A stretch of 64,000 bases of DNA from the IMG/VR virus record IMGVR_UViG_3300037067_012088, positions 96,001 through 160,000 of that record; one strand, written 5' to 3'. The notes under the pieces are model-generated. The model made no database searches and was not told the DNA's origin. It saw only the letters and a list, made by a program, of their open reading frames with translations. The translations under genes and the position numbers were made by a program. This document shows positions 1 to 8,408 of this stretch, one piece after another (the stretch's first letter is position 1; each line of letters opens with the position of its first letter). The stretch comes from a virus. Lineage: Duplodnaviria > Caudoviricetes.

Positions 1-311
1 GCCGGACCATAGCCGGGAATCCAGTAGTTGGGCTCGCCGAGGAAGGTAGGATACTGATAAAGGCCCGTGGTGCCGTAGAAGAGACCTGTGCCTACATTGC
101 CGACCGTGGTGAGACGGCCAAGGCCCGTGGACACGACTTCGCGGGTGCCGGTTTGGGCGAAGATGGTGGTGGCGTTACGCACGCTCAAATCCGCGAGAGT
201 GACCTGAAGCGCGCCAGAAGCGTTAGCCCAATAAGAGTAGGTGCCGCTAACGTTGAGGGAGGCAGGGGCGAGGGAGCCAGTCTGCGAGGTGAAGATATGA
301 TACTTAGACAT
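1..311 (-). CDS. partial Gly/Thr-rich protein, possibly virion-associated (runs off window)
   Basis: Open frame from ATG 311: MSKYHIFTSQTGSLAPASLNVSGTYSYWAN...YWIPGYGP, no stop before position 1; CGGTGTAT motif upstream. Confidence 0.7.
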   Translation of the reverse strand, partial: MSKYHIFTSQTGSLAPASLNVSGTYSYWANASGALQVTLADLSVRNATTIFAQTGTREVVSTGLGRLTTVGNVGTGLFYGTTGLYQYPTFLGEPNYWIPGYGP

Positions 312-343
312 CGATAGGAGGAGTTAGATTGGTGTGCAGTGTG

Positions 344-351
344 ATACACCG
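344..351 (-). promoter_or_regulatory. CGGTGTAT putative phage-specific promoter motif
   Basis: Same 8-mer upstream of starts at 548, 29388 and 59697. Confidence 0.5.
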
Positions 352-389
352 ACTTTAAGAGGGTTTACCGAGAAAACTCGCGTCCGCAC

Positions 390-426
390 AAAAAAGAACC
401 CCCTCCACTCGCGCGAAGGGGGTCTT
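390..426 (-). terminator. rho-independent terminator
   Basis: GACCCCCT..AGGGGGTTC stem followed by a T-run on the minus strand. Confidence 0.75.
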
Positions 427-437
427 TGTTTTCTGTT

Positions 438-548
438 TTACTTGGTTAGCTGCTTGGGTCGATAACCGCTCTGGGAGATGATATACACTCCCGCAACGAC
501 GAACCAAGCTGTAATGGTGGCGATAATCATTGTGATTAGGGTCTCCAT
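438..548 (-). CDS. 36-aa single-TM peptide
   Basis: METLITMIIATITAWFVVAGVYIISQSGYRPKQLTK; lies between CGGTGTAT (600-607) and the terminator. Confidence 0.55.
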   Translation of the reverse strand: METLITMIIATITAWFVVAGVYIISQSGYRPKQLTK

Positions 549-624
549 GTTTAGACCCCTAGGCGCGGACGCTTCGGAGTGGTTTCCTGACACCCTCTAA
601 TACACCGGACTAGAGGGAAATGGA

Positions 625-1020
625 CTACTTGATGGTGATTTTGCGCGGCTTGGCGGCTTCATGGCGGCCCAAAATCAGTGTGAGCACACCGTCTTCCAGT
701 TTGGCCTCCACCTTGTCCGGGTCGATGTCGTCGCCCACGGTGACCGATTGCTCAACCTCATCCTTGGCGTTCTTGGCGCGCACGGTGAGGACTTGGTTCT
801 CCAGTTCCACCTCGACTTCGGCTTGCTTGAACCCGGGCAAATCGAGGGAGAGAATGAGATTGCCGTTTTCCTCGGTGGCCTTGAAACGGCGCGTATAAGT
901 GCCCAACTCGTAATCGAAGAAGTCGGAGAGCGAGGCTGGGAACGGCGCGAAGGAGTGATAGCCGACGCGAAAATCAGGGTTGAGAAAGCGATTCAAATCG
1001 CCCAGAGGTTTTAGATACAT
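625..1020 (-). CDS. hsp20: small heat-shock protein (Hsp20/alpha-crystallin)
   Basis: LDLPGFKQAEVEVELENQVLTV and VEAKLEDGVLTL..KPRKITIK motifs; start moved to ATG 1020, downstream of the promoter. Confidence 0.93.
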   Translation of the reverse strand: MYLKPLGDLNRFLNPDFRVGYHSFAPFPASLSDFFDYELGTYTRRFKATEENGNLILSLDLPGFKQAEVEVELENQVLTVRAKNAKDEVEQSVTVGDDIDPDKVEAKLEDGVLTLILGRHEAAKPRKITIK

Positions 1021-1048
1021 GATATGTTGAGTTGATGGTTGAGCGGGT

Positions 1049-1077
1049 ATCTTAGCGAGTTTGGTGCCAAGTGTCAA
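1049..1077 (-). promoter_or_regulatory. overlapping sigma70-like and sigma54-like promoter of hsp20
   Basis: TTGACA-17-TAAGAT with embedded TGGCAC-CAAAC-TCGCT (GG-N10-GC spacing). Confidence 0.6.
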
Positions 1078-1216
1078 GCGGGAAAAGAGACGTTGGTGGA
1101 CAACGAGATATGCGGTTCTCGAATCCAGAACGTCGCCTCGTGTGGCGCGATTCTCGTGGCACAGTGTGACAGATTGACATATCCCGCCATCGTGGCGCGA
1201 TTGTCCACTTTTCCTC

Positions 1217-1245
1217 TTGACCCCGCGACCCAAGTGTGGGATACT
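1217..1245 (+). promoter_or_regulatory. CAAG-class sigma70 promoter, leaderless
   Basis: TTGACC-ccgcgacc-CAAG-tgtgg-GATACT then ATG at 1249. Confidence 0.75.
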
Positions 1246-1248
1246 CGG

Positions 1249-1605
1249 ATGATGAAGATGGCTCCTGTCCAAGGTTACTCTGCCGGCATTCCGTGGGATA
1301 TGCACCTGCGCGCGTATGACGCCTACTGCAAAAAGTGGGGCGCTCAACCCGCGATGATTGATCTCGAAGGTCGCAACTGCCGTGGTGGGTTCGCCGATAC
1401 CGAACTCGACATGTTTATTCCCGGTTGGCGCGAAGAACTGAGTGAGAGGATTCGATTCCGTAGTCTGCTTAAACAGAGCCGCTCCGCGCTTGAATTGACC
1501 TTCAATACGGTTGAGTGCGATTCTCTCGACGCTCAGGGTAATCAGCTTCCGTGGTATGCCAATGCGAAACGAGTGGTTGAGGAAATCGATGCCGCACTCA
1601 AATGA
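1249..1605 (+). CDS. hypothetical phage protein
   Basis: ORF track 1039-1605; start reassigned to the ATG after the promoter. Confidence 0.75.
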   Translation: MMKMAPVQGYSAGIPWDMHLRAYDAYCKKWGAQPAMIDLEGRNCRGGFADTELDMFIPGWREELSERIRFRSLLKQSRSALELTFNTVECDSLDAQGNQLPWYANAKRVVEEIDAALK

Positions 1606-2093
1606 CCGACGACAAAAAGACCTACTACGACTACACGCCGAAGGAAAGGCTTCAGTGGCAACTGCCAGATATTCCTGTCGGTGCCTTCATCACCTTCGCG
1701 CGCGAGAAGCGTCCCTATCGTGTGCGCGCCCGCAGTGGCCGTTTCATCGTCTGCACCAAGCCTTTCAACCCCAAGAAGACCGTGCTCTACACTGTCATCG
1801 ATTTGGTCGAGAACGTGCGCGGCCCCGAAGACCTCGTGTTCGGCATGGGTGCGGAGACCGACCAGCAATGCTGGGATATGGTGGACCGACTTGACGGAAG
1901 AGATGCCAATCATCCGCAGGGGCTCGACGTGAGAGACTTGGCTCAGTGGGAAGAGGAGAAACACACGCTCACGAAAGACCTACAGAAGCTGGCTAAACCC
2001 GGTCGCTCGTTTCGCACGGAGGTGTCACATCGTCATCGTGTGGACTTGGACGTGGTGGGTATCCGCATCCCCAAATCGGGCAAGCCGTTTTGA
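1602..2093 (+). CDS. hypothetical phage protein
   Basis: ATGA overlap with the upstream gene; 163 aa. Confidence 0.8.
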   Translation: MTDDKKTYYDYTPKERLQWQLPDIPVGAFITFAREKRPYRVRARSGRFIVCTKPFNPKKTVLYTVIDLVENVRGPEDLVFGMGAETDQQCWDMVDRLDGRDANHPQGLDVRDLAQWEEEKHTLTKDLQKLAKPGRSFRTEVSHRHRVDLDVVGIRIPKSGKPF

Positions 2094-2094
2094 T

Positions 2095-2481
2095 ATGACA
2101 CCTCAAGCACAATGTATCGCCATTGCTGAAGCGTGTGACATTAGCACCGAAGCGTTCCGCTTTTGGTATATGTCTCATGGCGGAACCGAATGGAAGGAGT
2201 CTCCCCATTATCGCACAATGAGACAAGCCGAAGAAGCTATGGAGGGCGAATCTCACTGGTCTGAATGTAAGGCTGTTGAGTCCGTCCGCTCGCACCATAA
2301 TGTCCCTTCCTATCTCACCGATCTGAATGCCATGCATAGGGCAGAGCAGACACTAAGGGATATAGATCGTCGAGCGTATCGATCTATTCTCGCCGAGAAT
2401 ACTGATCTTTTTGACGCTGATGCTCAGACGAAGGCTGAAGCCTTTCTCCGTGCCCTCGACCTGTGGGACGACTTAAAATGA
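2095..2481 (+). CDS. hypothetical phage protein (PxYLTDLNAMHxAE family)
   Basis: Operon packing; VPSYLTDLNAMHRAE..AEAFLRAL motif. Confidence 0.75.
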   Translation: MTPQAQCIAIAEACDISTEAFRFWYMSHGGTEWKESPHYRTMRQAEEAMEGESHWSECKAVESVRSHHNVPSYLTDLNAMHRAEQTLRDIDRRAYRSILAENTDLFDADAQTKAEAFLRALDLWDDLK

Positions 2482-2804
2482 CATCTAAGACTTACACCCC
2501 TTCATTGGGCTTGGATTACGCCGTGTATGAGAGAACGAAGGCAACCGCATACGGATGGGGGAGTTGGGAATTGATCTCGGTCTTTCTCAACGAGAGGGAT
2601 GCTGAGAGATTCTGCCGGGAAGACGAGTGCGCCATCGCCGAAAGGAAGGTGTTCGTCACCGGGGAATGCTGGGAGCGTTGGCATACGCAAGAGCACAACG
2701 CAAGTCATGAAGGTGTTCGCAAGCTGTTCAAGGGATGTATCGAAAAATACAAGGACGCCCATATCACGGGCGCGTTGAGTCGGTATCAGCTCCCTGATTT
2801 ATGA
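2478..2804 (+). CDS. hypothetical protein
   Basis: Overlapping start/stop in operon. Confidence 0.7.
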   Translation: MTSKTYTPSLGLDYAVYERTKATAYGWGSWELISVFLNERDAERFCREDECAIAERKVFVTGECWERWHTQEHNASHEGVRKLFKGCIEKYKDAHITGALSRYQLPDL

Positions 2805-3175
2805 CCCCCAGCCAACTCCACATCCTCCAGCACTCTCTCGGGTGCGATCAATATGGACGCGCCGACCGCATCTACCGCGATGAAGGCGATGGTGCCTTCG
2901 GACACTACCGTAACCGCTACGTCAGTGACCCGGACTCCGATTTGACCGCGCTTATCGAGATGGGTTATCTAGCTGACCATGGAGCCTACGATGTGGCCGG
3001 CGGGATGCACTATTACAGGGTGACCAAGGAAGGGCTCGCCAAGATGAGGGAGCTAAGTCCTAAGCCGTCGAAGATCTCGCGCGGCAGGCAACGATATCTT
3101 GACTTCTTGAGTGAGGATGGTAGCTTGACTTTCGGCGAGTGGCTTAAGGTGCGGACGGGGAGGGTGACGGCATGA
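2801..3175 (+). CDS. hypothetical protein, possible winged helix
   Basis: ATGA overlap; LIEMGYL..YRVTKEG. Confidence 0.75.
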   Translation: MTPSQLHILQHSLGCDQYGRADRIYRDEGDGAFGHYRNRYVSDPDSDLTALIEMGYLADHGAYDVAGGMHYYRVTKEGLAKMRELSPKPSKISRGRQRYLDFLSEDGSLTFGEWLKVRTGRVTA

Positions 3176-3507
3176 GGTTCGCTCATCCCATTCCCGTTGT
3201 TCCTATCAAGTCCAAGGACGGCGAAATGCGCACTCGTCGCATCTTCCTTTGGTGGCCTGTCAAAGCCTATTGCCCCTTCACCGGCCTCAATGAGACGCGC
3301 TGGTTGGAGAAGGTGGACTTGACCGAACGGTTCACACAAGAAAGATATCGGATACGCATTTGGGGTCAGTGGCGTGACGCGATATCAGACGGCGAATGGA
3401 AGCCCGTTAGATTTGAGACTCCCGCCGAAGTATTTGATAGTCGATATGGTAGTCCTTCATCCGTTCCCCCTAATGACCAATCCCTCCCTCCAATCTCGCA
3501 TCCTTGA
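3172..3507 (+). CDS. hypothetical protein
   Basis: ATGA overlap. Confidence 0.7.
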   Translation: MRFAHPIPVVPIKSKDGEMRTRRIFLWWPVKAYCPFTGLNETRWLEKVDLTERFTQERYRIRIWGQWRDAISDGEWKPVRFETPAEVFDSRYGSPSSVPPNDQSLPPISHP

Positions 3508-3661
3508 AGAGTTGAGCTATACCGACCTCGAAGAAGAGGCGCTTGGCAAACTCGTGAAGGCCCCCGTTCACCGCGAACTGGTGCGGATGGCCAAGGAAGG
3601 CTTGGTCGCGTCTTACGAGCACGAACAGGTTGGTGGCGCAATCATGTGGGGGCTCAAGTGA
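3473..3661 (+). CDS. small HTH-like protein
   Basis: RILEEL..EALGKLV..VHRELVRMAKEGLV. Confidence 0.55.
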   Translation: MTNPSLQSRILEELSYTDLEEEALGKLVKAPVHRELVRMAKEGLVASYEHEQVGGAIMWGLK

Positions 3662-3879
3662 AGAACATGTTCCAACTCTTCAAACCCGGTGACGTGATCT
3701 ACGGATACTGCAACGGCTACTTTGGACGGGATAGCTATGAGACCAAGACGTGCGTGATAGTCACTCGTCACTATGCCGTCTTCGAGTATGAGGATGGACG
3801 AGGAACGTTGCTTGACCTTTGTGAGTCGTTGACTCCCGAACTGGTGGCCAAGTGGCGCGAACAGGAGACCTACGATTGA
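3658..3879 (+). CDS. hypothetical protein
   Basis: GDVIYGYCNGYFGRDSY; operon packing. Confidence 0.75.
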   Translation: MKNMFQLFKPGDVIYGYCNGYFGRDSYETKTCVIVTRHYAVFEYEDGRGTLLDLCESLTPELVAKWREQETYD

Positions 3880-4109
3880 GCGATATCACCGACAGGATAC
3901 TGGTCGCCGCCGAGCGATTCGAGATGGCCGAATATCAAGGTCGCCCGACCAAGCTCCTCTTGGGCCGGCGCGAGATGGACGAGTTTGATGAGTATGTCAC
4001 CAAGCAGTTGCACACGGTATTCTCGACCGGTGGAGCCGCACGTCGCCCAGTCTTCAGGGGGATGGAGATATACTCGATGGATGACGATGAGTTCTTGGGG
4101 GTAGCATGA
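3876..4109 (+). CDS. hypothetical protein
   Basis: TTGA overlap. Confidence 0.65.
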   Translation: MSDITDRILVAAERFEMAEYQGRPTKLLLGRREMDEFDEYVTKQLHTVFSTGGAARRPVFRGMEIYSMDDDEFLGVA

Positions 4110-4342
4110 GCAAGACCCCGCGAGTAGATGCTTGGGAACGACGTATTAGCGGGCCTAATCCTTGGTCACCCTATGACCATATTGCTGTGGCCAGTGAGCA
4201 GGCCCGTGAACTGGAGATTGAGTCGGCGTGCTGGAGGGAACTGTCAGATAGGCTAGCTCAGCGACTGAGATCCATTCCGCACAATGATGCCCGCGACCGG
4301 GCCGCGTTGAAGGACTACGATTCCCTGAAAGAAAACGCTTGA
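4106..4342 (+). CDS. hypothetical protein (TPRxD..ARELE family)
   Basis: ATGA overlap. Confidence 0.7.
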   Translation: MSKTPRVDAWERRISGPNPWSPYDHIAVASEQARELEIESACWRELSDRLAQRLRSIPHNDARDRAALKDYDSLKENA

Positions 4343-4367
4343 CGCGCGCCAGCAAGGGTGCAATACT
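4339..4367 (+). promoter_or_regulatory. CAAG-class promoter, leaderless
   Basis: TTGACG-cgcgccag-CAAG-ggtgc-AATACT-6nt-ATG; the -35 contains the upstream TGA stop. Confidence 0.75.
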
Positions 4368-4373
4368 CATCCC

Positions 4374-4703
4374 ATGTTCGGAACCTTCTTCTCCAAGTAT
4401 CGTCGCCCCTTGTTCTATGCCGTGACCAAGGTATTGGCTAACCATATCCATGATGTAATCGCACCGCGCAGGCCGAGCATCTCGGCGGCCAAGTTATATC
4501 GGGATCTGTGTTACCCGCCCGCCAGACCTGTCAGTGCCCCGATTTATCGCACTCCCGAAATAGCGCCAAAAACGCCCGAAAAGGCCCAAATCGCGCGAAA
4601 CGTGGAGGTGCCGTTTGTCGCGAAAACGCGGGTCTCACGCCCCGCCGCCGTGCGCGCGAATGGGGGACTGCGCGGCAGTAGTGCGACCAGATGGGCGAGA
4701 TAA
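4374..4703 (+). CDS. basic hypothetical protein
   Basis: Start directly after the promoter. Confidence 0.6.
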   Translation: MFGTFFSKYRRPLFYAVTKVLANHIHDVIAPRRPSISAAKLYRDLCYPPARPVSAPIYRTPEIAPKTPEKAQIARNVEVPFVAKTRVSRPAAVRANGGLRGSSATRWAR

Positions 4704-4903
4704 ACTGGGAAGAGGTTAACGGTGAGGATGAGGCCGCCCGCGCGAAACGGGATGGCTATCGAGCCCTCGATTACACCGGAATCAAGTGCTCCAACTGCTC
4801 GCGCAACCGCGTGATGAATTGCGTCAACGGAAAGAAGGTATGCGAAAAATGCGGGTGGGATAACGAGGCAGGAGAGTATACGGATTATTTGAGCGGATTG
4901 TAA
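4691..4903 (+). CDS. small Zn-ribbon protein
   Basis: CSNC..CEKC. Confidence 0.75.
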   Translation: MGEINWEEVNGEDEAARAKRDGYRALDYTGIKCSNCSRNRVMNCVNGKKVCEKCGWDNEAGEYTDYLSGL

Positions 4904-5087
4904 AAGGGACTCGTCAATGTGGCTCCGGAATTTTTTCGAGAAAGGTCTTGCAGGGAGCAGAGAAAGGGGATGCCGATTTCTTGAAGACTACCCCTTGGGA
5001 GAAGAAGAGAGGGAGACCAAGATAGAGAGATAGAGGGGTAATGGTGAGATGGGGTCCCGACCTTGGGTGAAACGGCCGGGGGGCCTG

Positions 5088-5110
5088 TTGCGACTGAGAC
5101 TCACTCTCAA
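5088..5110. promoter_or_regulatory. Fur-box-like 11-1-11 palindrome
   Basis: TTGCGACTGAG-A-CTCACTCTCAA. Confidence 0.4.
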
Positions 5111-5525
5111 GTTCTCAAAAAGCCACCCCTTCCTACTAGGCTCTCCTCCCCACTCTCCGCTAAGCAGTCTCCCCTGCTCTCCCTAGGGTCCGTCCCTCAG
5201 TGTCAATGGGTAAGCTCCCTCAATTGTGACCTACGCCTTACTAGCGTAACTCGTTGCTACGCAACGCAAGCAGCGTATGTAAAATATCGCAGCCAAGGCC
5301 CTTCCCGTGCCCTAGGTGAGGCTCGGCTCTCTACCTATACCTTGGTATCGGATTCTGGGCTGCCCTGTATAGGGGAAAGGATAGGCACACAAAGCTTGTG
5401 TGTCACCTTGGCCCTAGCTGCCCTAGGTTGGGTTAGTTAGCCTTGCATATGGCTACTCTGTTGACTGGTATGCGGGACACTGGCGCGCAAGCGCCACAGT
5501 GCGCCCGACCGTAGGGAGTAAGCAC

Positions 5526-5554
5526 AAGAAAGCCCTAGGCTTGTGACCTAGGGC
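5526..5554 (-). terminator. rho-independent terminator
   Basis: GCCCTAGG-7-CCTAGGGC stem followed by TTTCTT on the minus strand. Confidence 0.7.
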
Positions 5555-5578
5555 AGAGGTAGCTGACTAGACTAGGTA

Positions 5579-5836
5579 TCAGGACATTAGGCGCACAGGG
5601 CCAGTGATACCCGCCGCATTGAACGCGCGCGCATAGTCCGCATGAAGGATACCGATGGAGTAGGCCAGCGAACGCAACGCGCACAGGATTGCGCGGTCTT
5701 GCTTGTCCGCATCCGCCCAGCTTGACAGTCTCATGGCATCAGCCATGCAGCTGCGGGCATTAGCTGTCTTGTCGCTGGGCAGGTGCTTACGCGCTAGGGC
5801 GAACACCTTGGCATGATCCGTCTTGTGAGTGGTCAT
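5579..5836 (-). CDS. hypothetical protein
   Basis: 85-aa ORF upstream of the terminator. Confidence 0.75.
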   Translation of the reverse strand: MTTHKTDHAKVFALARKHLPSDKTANARSCMADAMRLSSWADADKQDRAILCALRSLAYSIGILHADYARAFNAAGITGPVRLMS

Positions 5837-5871
5837 AGGATACAGGGATTGAGGGTTAGCGGGTAAGGGGG

Positions 5872-6006
5872 TTAGTCCGCCAGCTTGGCGACCGCCAACG
5901 CGTAGGCATAGCGCGCGGGCACCTGTGGGCCGGTGAAGATAGAGCGGTAATACCGATAGAGGGAACGGAGGCGATAAGCCCGGAGGGAGGTGAGGGAGGA
6001 GTTCAT
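5872..6006 (-). CDS. 44-aa basic peptide (paralog of 7475-7606)
   Basis: SLRAYRLRSLYRYY..VPARYAYALA. Confidence 0.55.
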   Translation of the reverse strand: MNSSLTSLRAYRLRSLYRYYRSIFTGPQVPARYAYALAVAKLAD

Positions 6007-6097
6007 GGGGTGAATAAGGGGCATCTAGGATTGAATAGCAAGCTGAGAGATGTAAAAGGACTGTAAAGAAATGCCGCAGGCATCGCTTGTCGAAGCC

Positions 6098-6142
6098 AAG
6101 AAAAGAGCCGCTCCGAAGAGCGGCCCAGAGAGCGGAGCGAAC
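6098..6142 (-). terminator. UUCG-loop terminator, copy 1
   Basis: GCCGCTC-TTCG-GAGCGGC-TCTTTTC; repeated at 7297-7341. Confidence 0.8.
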
Positions 6143-6153
6143 TGGCAGAAGGC

Positions 6154-7191
6154 TTACGAAAGCGCGAGAACCGTCTTGCCCCGGGCAAGTGTCGCCTCAA
6201 TCGCCTTGTCGTCGCGGATAAGGTCCCAAGCACCGGCCTTGGCGGTCTGCCCGCTGCCGAATTCGCTGGAAACGAACTGGCGCATACGGTCGTCACCCCC
6301 CGCGTTTTCATGGCTGTAATAGTCAGTCGCCGCACTGAACCAATCGGCGCGGTTTTGACCCTCGTTACCGGCGCCCCGGACAAACAGCTCGGTCAGGCGA
6401 TTAACCTGATTGGCGCGGCGCGTTGACATGGGCTCCTTAACCTCGGTGCGCGCGGTCAGGAAACCGGCAAAGAGGGCATTGGCGTCGTCAATCTTGATGG
6501 GTGCGGCAGCCAGCTTGTCCATTTCCAGCTTGAACAGGGCTTGCGCGCCGTGAAACCCGTCAACGATTTCGGGCACGTTTTCCAGCCGTTCCATGACGTT
6601 TTTGGTATGCTTCATGACGACGCGAACGGCCTTGGCGGACTCACTGGCGGACTGGGCAGCCTTCATGCCGGAGCGTTGGGATAAGGAAGACAGGTTCATG
6701 CCAAACGTGTTATTGCAGACTGTGCAAATGTTGCTCGTGTTGACCGCGAACGGCGCGGACATGTCATGTGAGCTGAGAAAATTAAGGTAGGGCACGAAGG
6801 ACCGCCCGGCAGCCTTAAACTCGGCCAGCTCCTCCAGCTTGACGGAAACGAAGATGCGGGAACGACCGCAAACGCTGCCAACACTGGCAACCTTGGCGCC
6901 CGGGATTTCGCGGATAGCCGTATTGATGATACGCAGGAAATCGGCGTTCGTGACCAGCCCGTAAGACTCGCAATGCACCGGGGCACCAATGCGGATTTTC
7001 GGGTCATCCGTGCAAGTGATACGGCAGTATTCCGAAGCGGAGCCGTCACCCTCCAGCATGGGAACCTTGGACACGTCCCATTGGGCGAGCCATGAAGACA
7101 GGAGTTCAATCAGGGGTTTGACGACGGTGAGCTTGTGCCAGCCCATTTCAATACCCTCTTGGCGGTCGATGTTGGTGATTTCGTGTGACAT
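6154..7191 (-). CDS. DUF932 / phage-plasmid-like protein (TIGR03299-like)
   Basis: MSHEI..GWHKL, SSHDMS..TVCNNT, KHTKN, ATDYYSH..SSEFGSG. Confidence 0.85.
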   Translation of the reverse strand: MSHEITNIDRQEGIEMGWHKLTVVKPLIELLSSWLAQWDVSKVPMLEGDGSASEYCRITCTDDPKIRIGAPVHCESYGLVTNADFLRIINTAIREIPGAKVASVGSVCGRSRIFVSVKLEELAEFKAAGRSFVPYLNFLSSHDMSAPFAVNTSNICTVCNNTFGMNLSSLSQRSGMKAAQSASESAKAVRVVMKHTKNVMERLENVPEIVDGFHGAQALFKLEMDKLAAAPIKIDDANALFAGFLTARTEVKEPMSTRRANQVNRLTELFVRGAGNEGQNRADWFSAATDYYSHENAGGDDRMRQFVSSEFGSGQTAKAGAWDLIRDDKAIEATLARGKTVLALS

Positions 7192-7296
7192 GAGATAAAG
7201 TCAGGTTGGGCGGAATTGCTTTGGCTGACTGGGGAAAGAATAGGCTAGATAGGATTAGAGTAAAGGAAATAAACTCGGTAGGATGAAGATATATGT

Positions 7297-7341
7297 AAAA
7301 AGAGCCGGTCCCGAAGGGCCGGCCCAGAGCGGAGCGGAACT
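7297..7341 (-). terminator. UUCG-loop terminator, copy 2
   Basis: GCCGGCCC-TTCG-GGACCGGC-TCTTTTT. Confidence 0.8.
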
Positions 7342-7356
7342 AAATTGGCCTAATCG

Positions 7357-7488
7357 TTAGCCAAAATAACCTAGCAAAACCGCCACCCCTAGCGCGACTA
7401 GGGCAAGCGGGATGGAAGCCAAGCAGAGGCAGACTAGGCACAGGGCGAATAGGTCTTTAGCGCGAACCATAAGGCTAGGCGGTCTCAT
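7357..7488 (-). CDS. small membrane peptide
   Basis: LFALCLVCLCLASIPLALVALGVAVLLGYFG. Confidence 0.5.
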   Translation of the reverse strand: MRPPSLMVRAKDLFALCLVCLCLASIPLALVALGVAVLLGYFG

Positions 7489-7606
7489 GGCGTGCGCGTG
7501 AATAGGCCACATAGGCGGGTAAGCCCTTGGCGCGGCCGGCCTTGTAGATGCAGCGGAGACGGTAGAACCGGAGACCGCGAGAAGAGAAGGAACGATGCAT
7601 AGTCAT
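7475..7606 (-). CDS. 43-aa basic peptide (paralog of 5872-6006)
   Basis: GLRFYRLRCIYKAGRAKGLPAYVAYSRAR. Confidence 0.55.
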   Translation of the reverse strand: MTMHRSFSSRGLRFYRLRCIYKAGRAKGLPAYVAYSRARHETA

Positions 7607-7610
7607 GGGA

Positions 7611-7805
7611 TTAGGGGGTGTGGGTGGCGCGAGCTTTGGCAGCGCAATTCTGGACGCTACTGATTGAGACCGTATGACCTTGGGCCATGGCTGACACTAT
7701 GCTGTCAAACTGCTTGGCAGCGTTGGCAAGGGCGGCCTCAAGCAGCTTTTCCCGTAGTGCGTAGGCGCCGAGTTCGGCTTTCATTTGCTGGATATTGGCG
7801 GTCAT
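7611..7805 (-). CDS. hypothetical protein
   Basis: MTANIQQMKAEL.., helical. Confidence 0.65.
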   Translation of the reverse strand: MTANIQQMKAELGAYALREKLLEAALANAAKQFDSIVSAMAQGHTVSISSVQNCAAKARATHTP

Positions 7806-7806
7806 G

Positions 7807-7959
7807 TTAGGCGCGGTTAAGGTGGAGTTTCGGGCAGGTGCGGCGCAAGACCCGGCGGGCTTGGTGCGGCGACATGTGGGCGGCGGCGAGACGTGAAAGC
7901 ACACGATTAACGCGGCCGGCAACATTGGCGATGAAGGACAGGCGGTCAGTTTTGGACAT
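7807..7959 (-). CDS. 50-aa basic peptide
   Basis: MSKTDRLSFIANVAGRVNRVL..; fills the gap between neighbours. Confidence 0.5.
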   Translation of the reverse strand: MSKTDRLSFIANVAGRVNRVLSRLAAAHMSPHQARRVLRRTCPKLHLNRA

Positions 7960-8001
7960 GGTGGGCGGGAGTTGAGGTTAGCGGGTTGGACGGGAAAAGG
8001 A

Positions 8002-8352
8002 TCACTCAAGCCCCCAGCACTCGCGGGAGGCAGGGGACAAGCCCCGGTGATAGGAGGGACGGGCACGCTCCCGGGCTTCGTCGTCTTCAATGGCGGCGAG
8101 CGCGGCCTTGCTCAGGGTGGCGGGGACAATATCGAATTGGGACAGGGGCACCCAATGCGGCGCACAGGGGGAGCGCTCAAGCCGGACGAACACCTCGCCG
8201 GCTTTCGGCCCGCTCAGGACGGTATAGAGCCCGTCATAGGTGCAATCGTTGCCGTTGCTAAGGGAGTGAAGGGTGCGGCCCTTGAGAGAGCCGAATTTGT
8301 GTTCGTCGTGCTGAACAGCGGGAGCGTATGAGTAATAGGTGGGAGAATTCAT
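8002..8352 (-). CDS. hypothetical protein
   Basis: 116-aa ORF with upstream TAGATT -10 and palindrome. Confidence 0.75.
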   Translation of the reverse strand: MNSPTYYSYAPAVQHDEHKFGSLKGRTLHSLSNGNDCTYDGLYTVLSGPKAGEVFVRLERSPCAPHWVPLSQFDIVPATLSKAALAAIEDDEARERARPSYHRGLSPASRECWGLE

Positions 8353-8408
8353 GGGAAGAGTTGAGTTACTTTGAACACCGCCAATCTACAGCATGGCGCG
8401 AGTCTTGT

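Noticed and set aside
1052-1070. CIRCE element upstream of hsp20
   Set aside because: The arms span 19 bp, not the 9-9-9 layout; sigma54-like spacing fits better.
1021-1347. N-terminal extension making Hsp20 240 aa
   Set aside because: It crosses two divergent promoters and overlaps the plus-strand gene; ATG 1020 gives a normal-sized sHSP.
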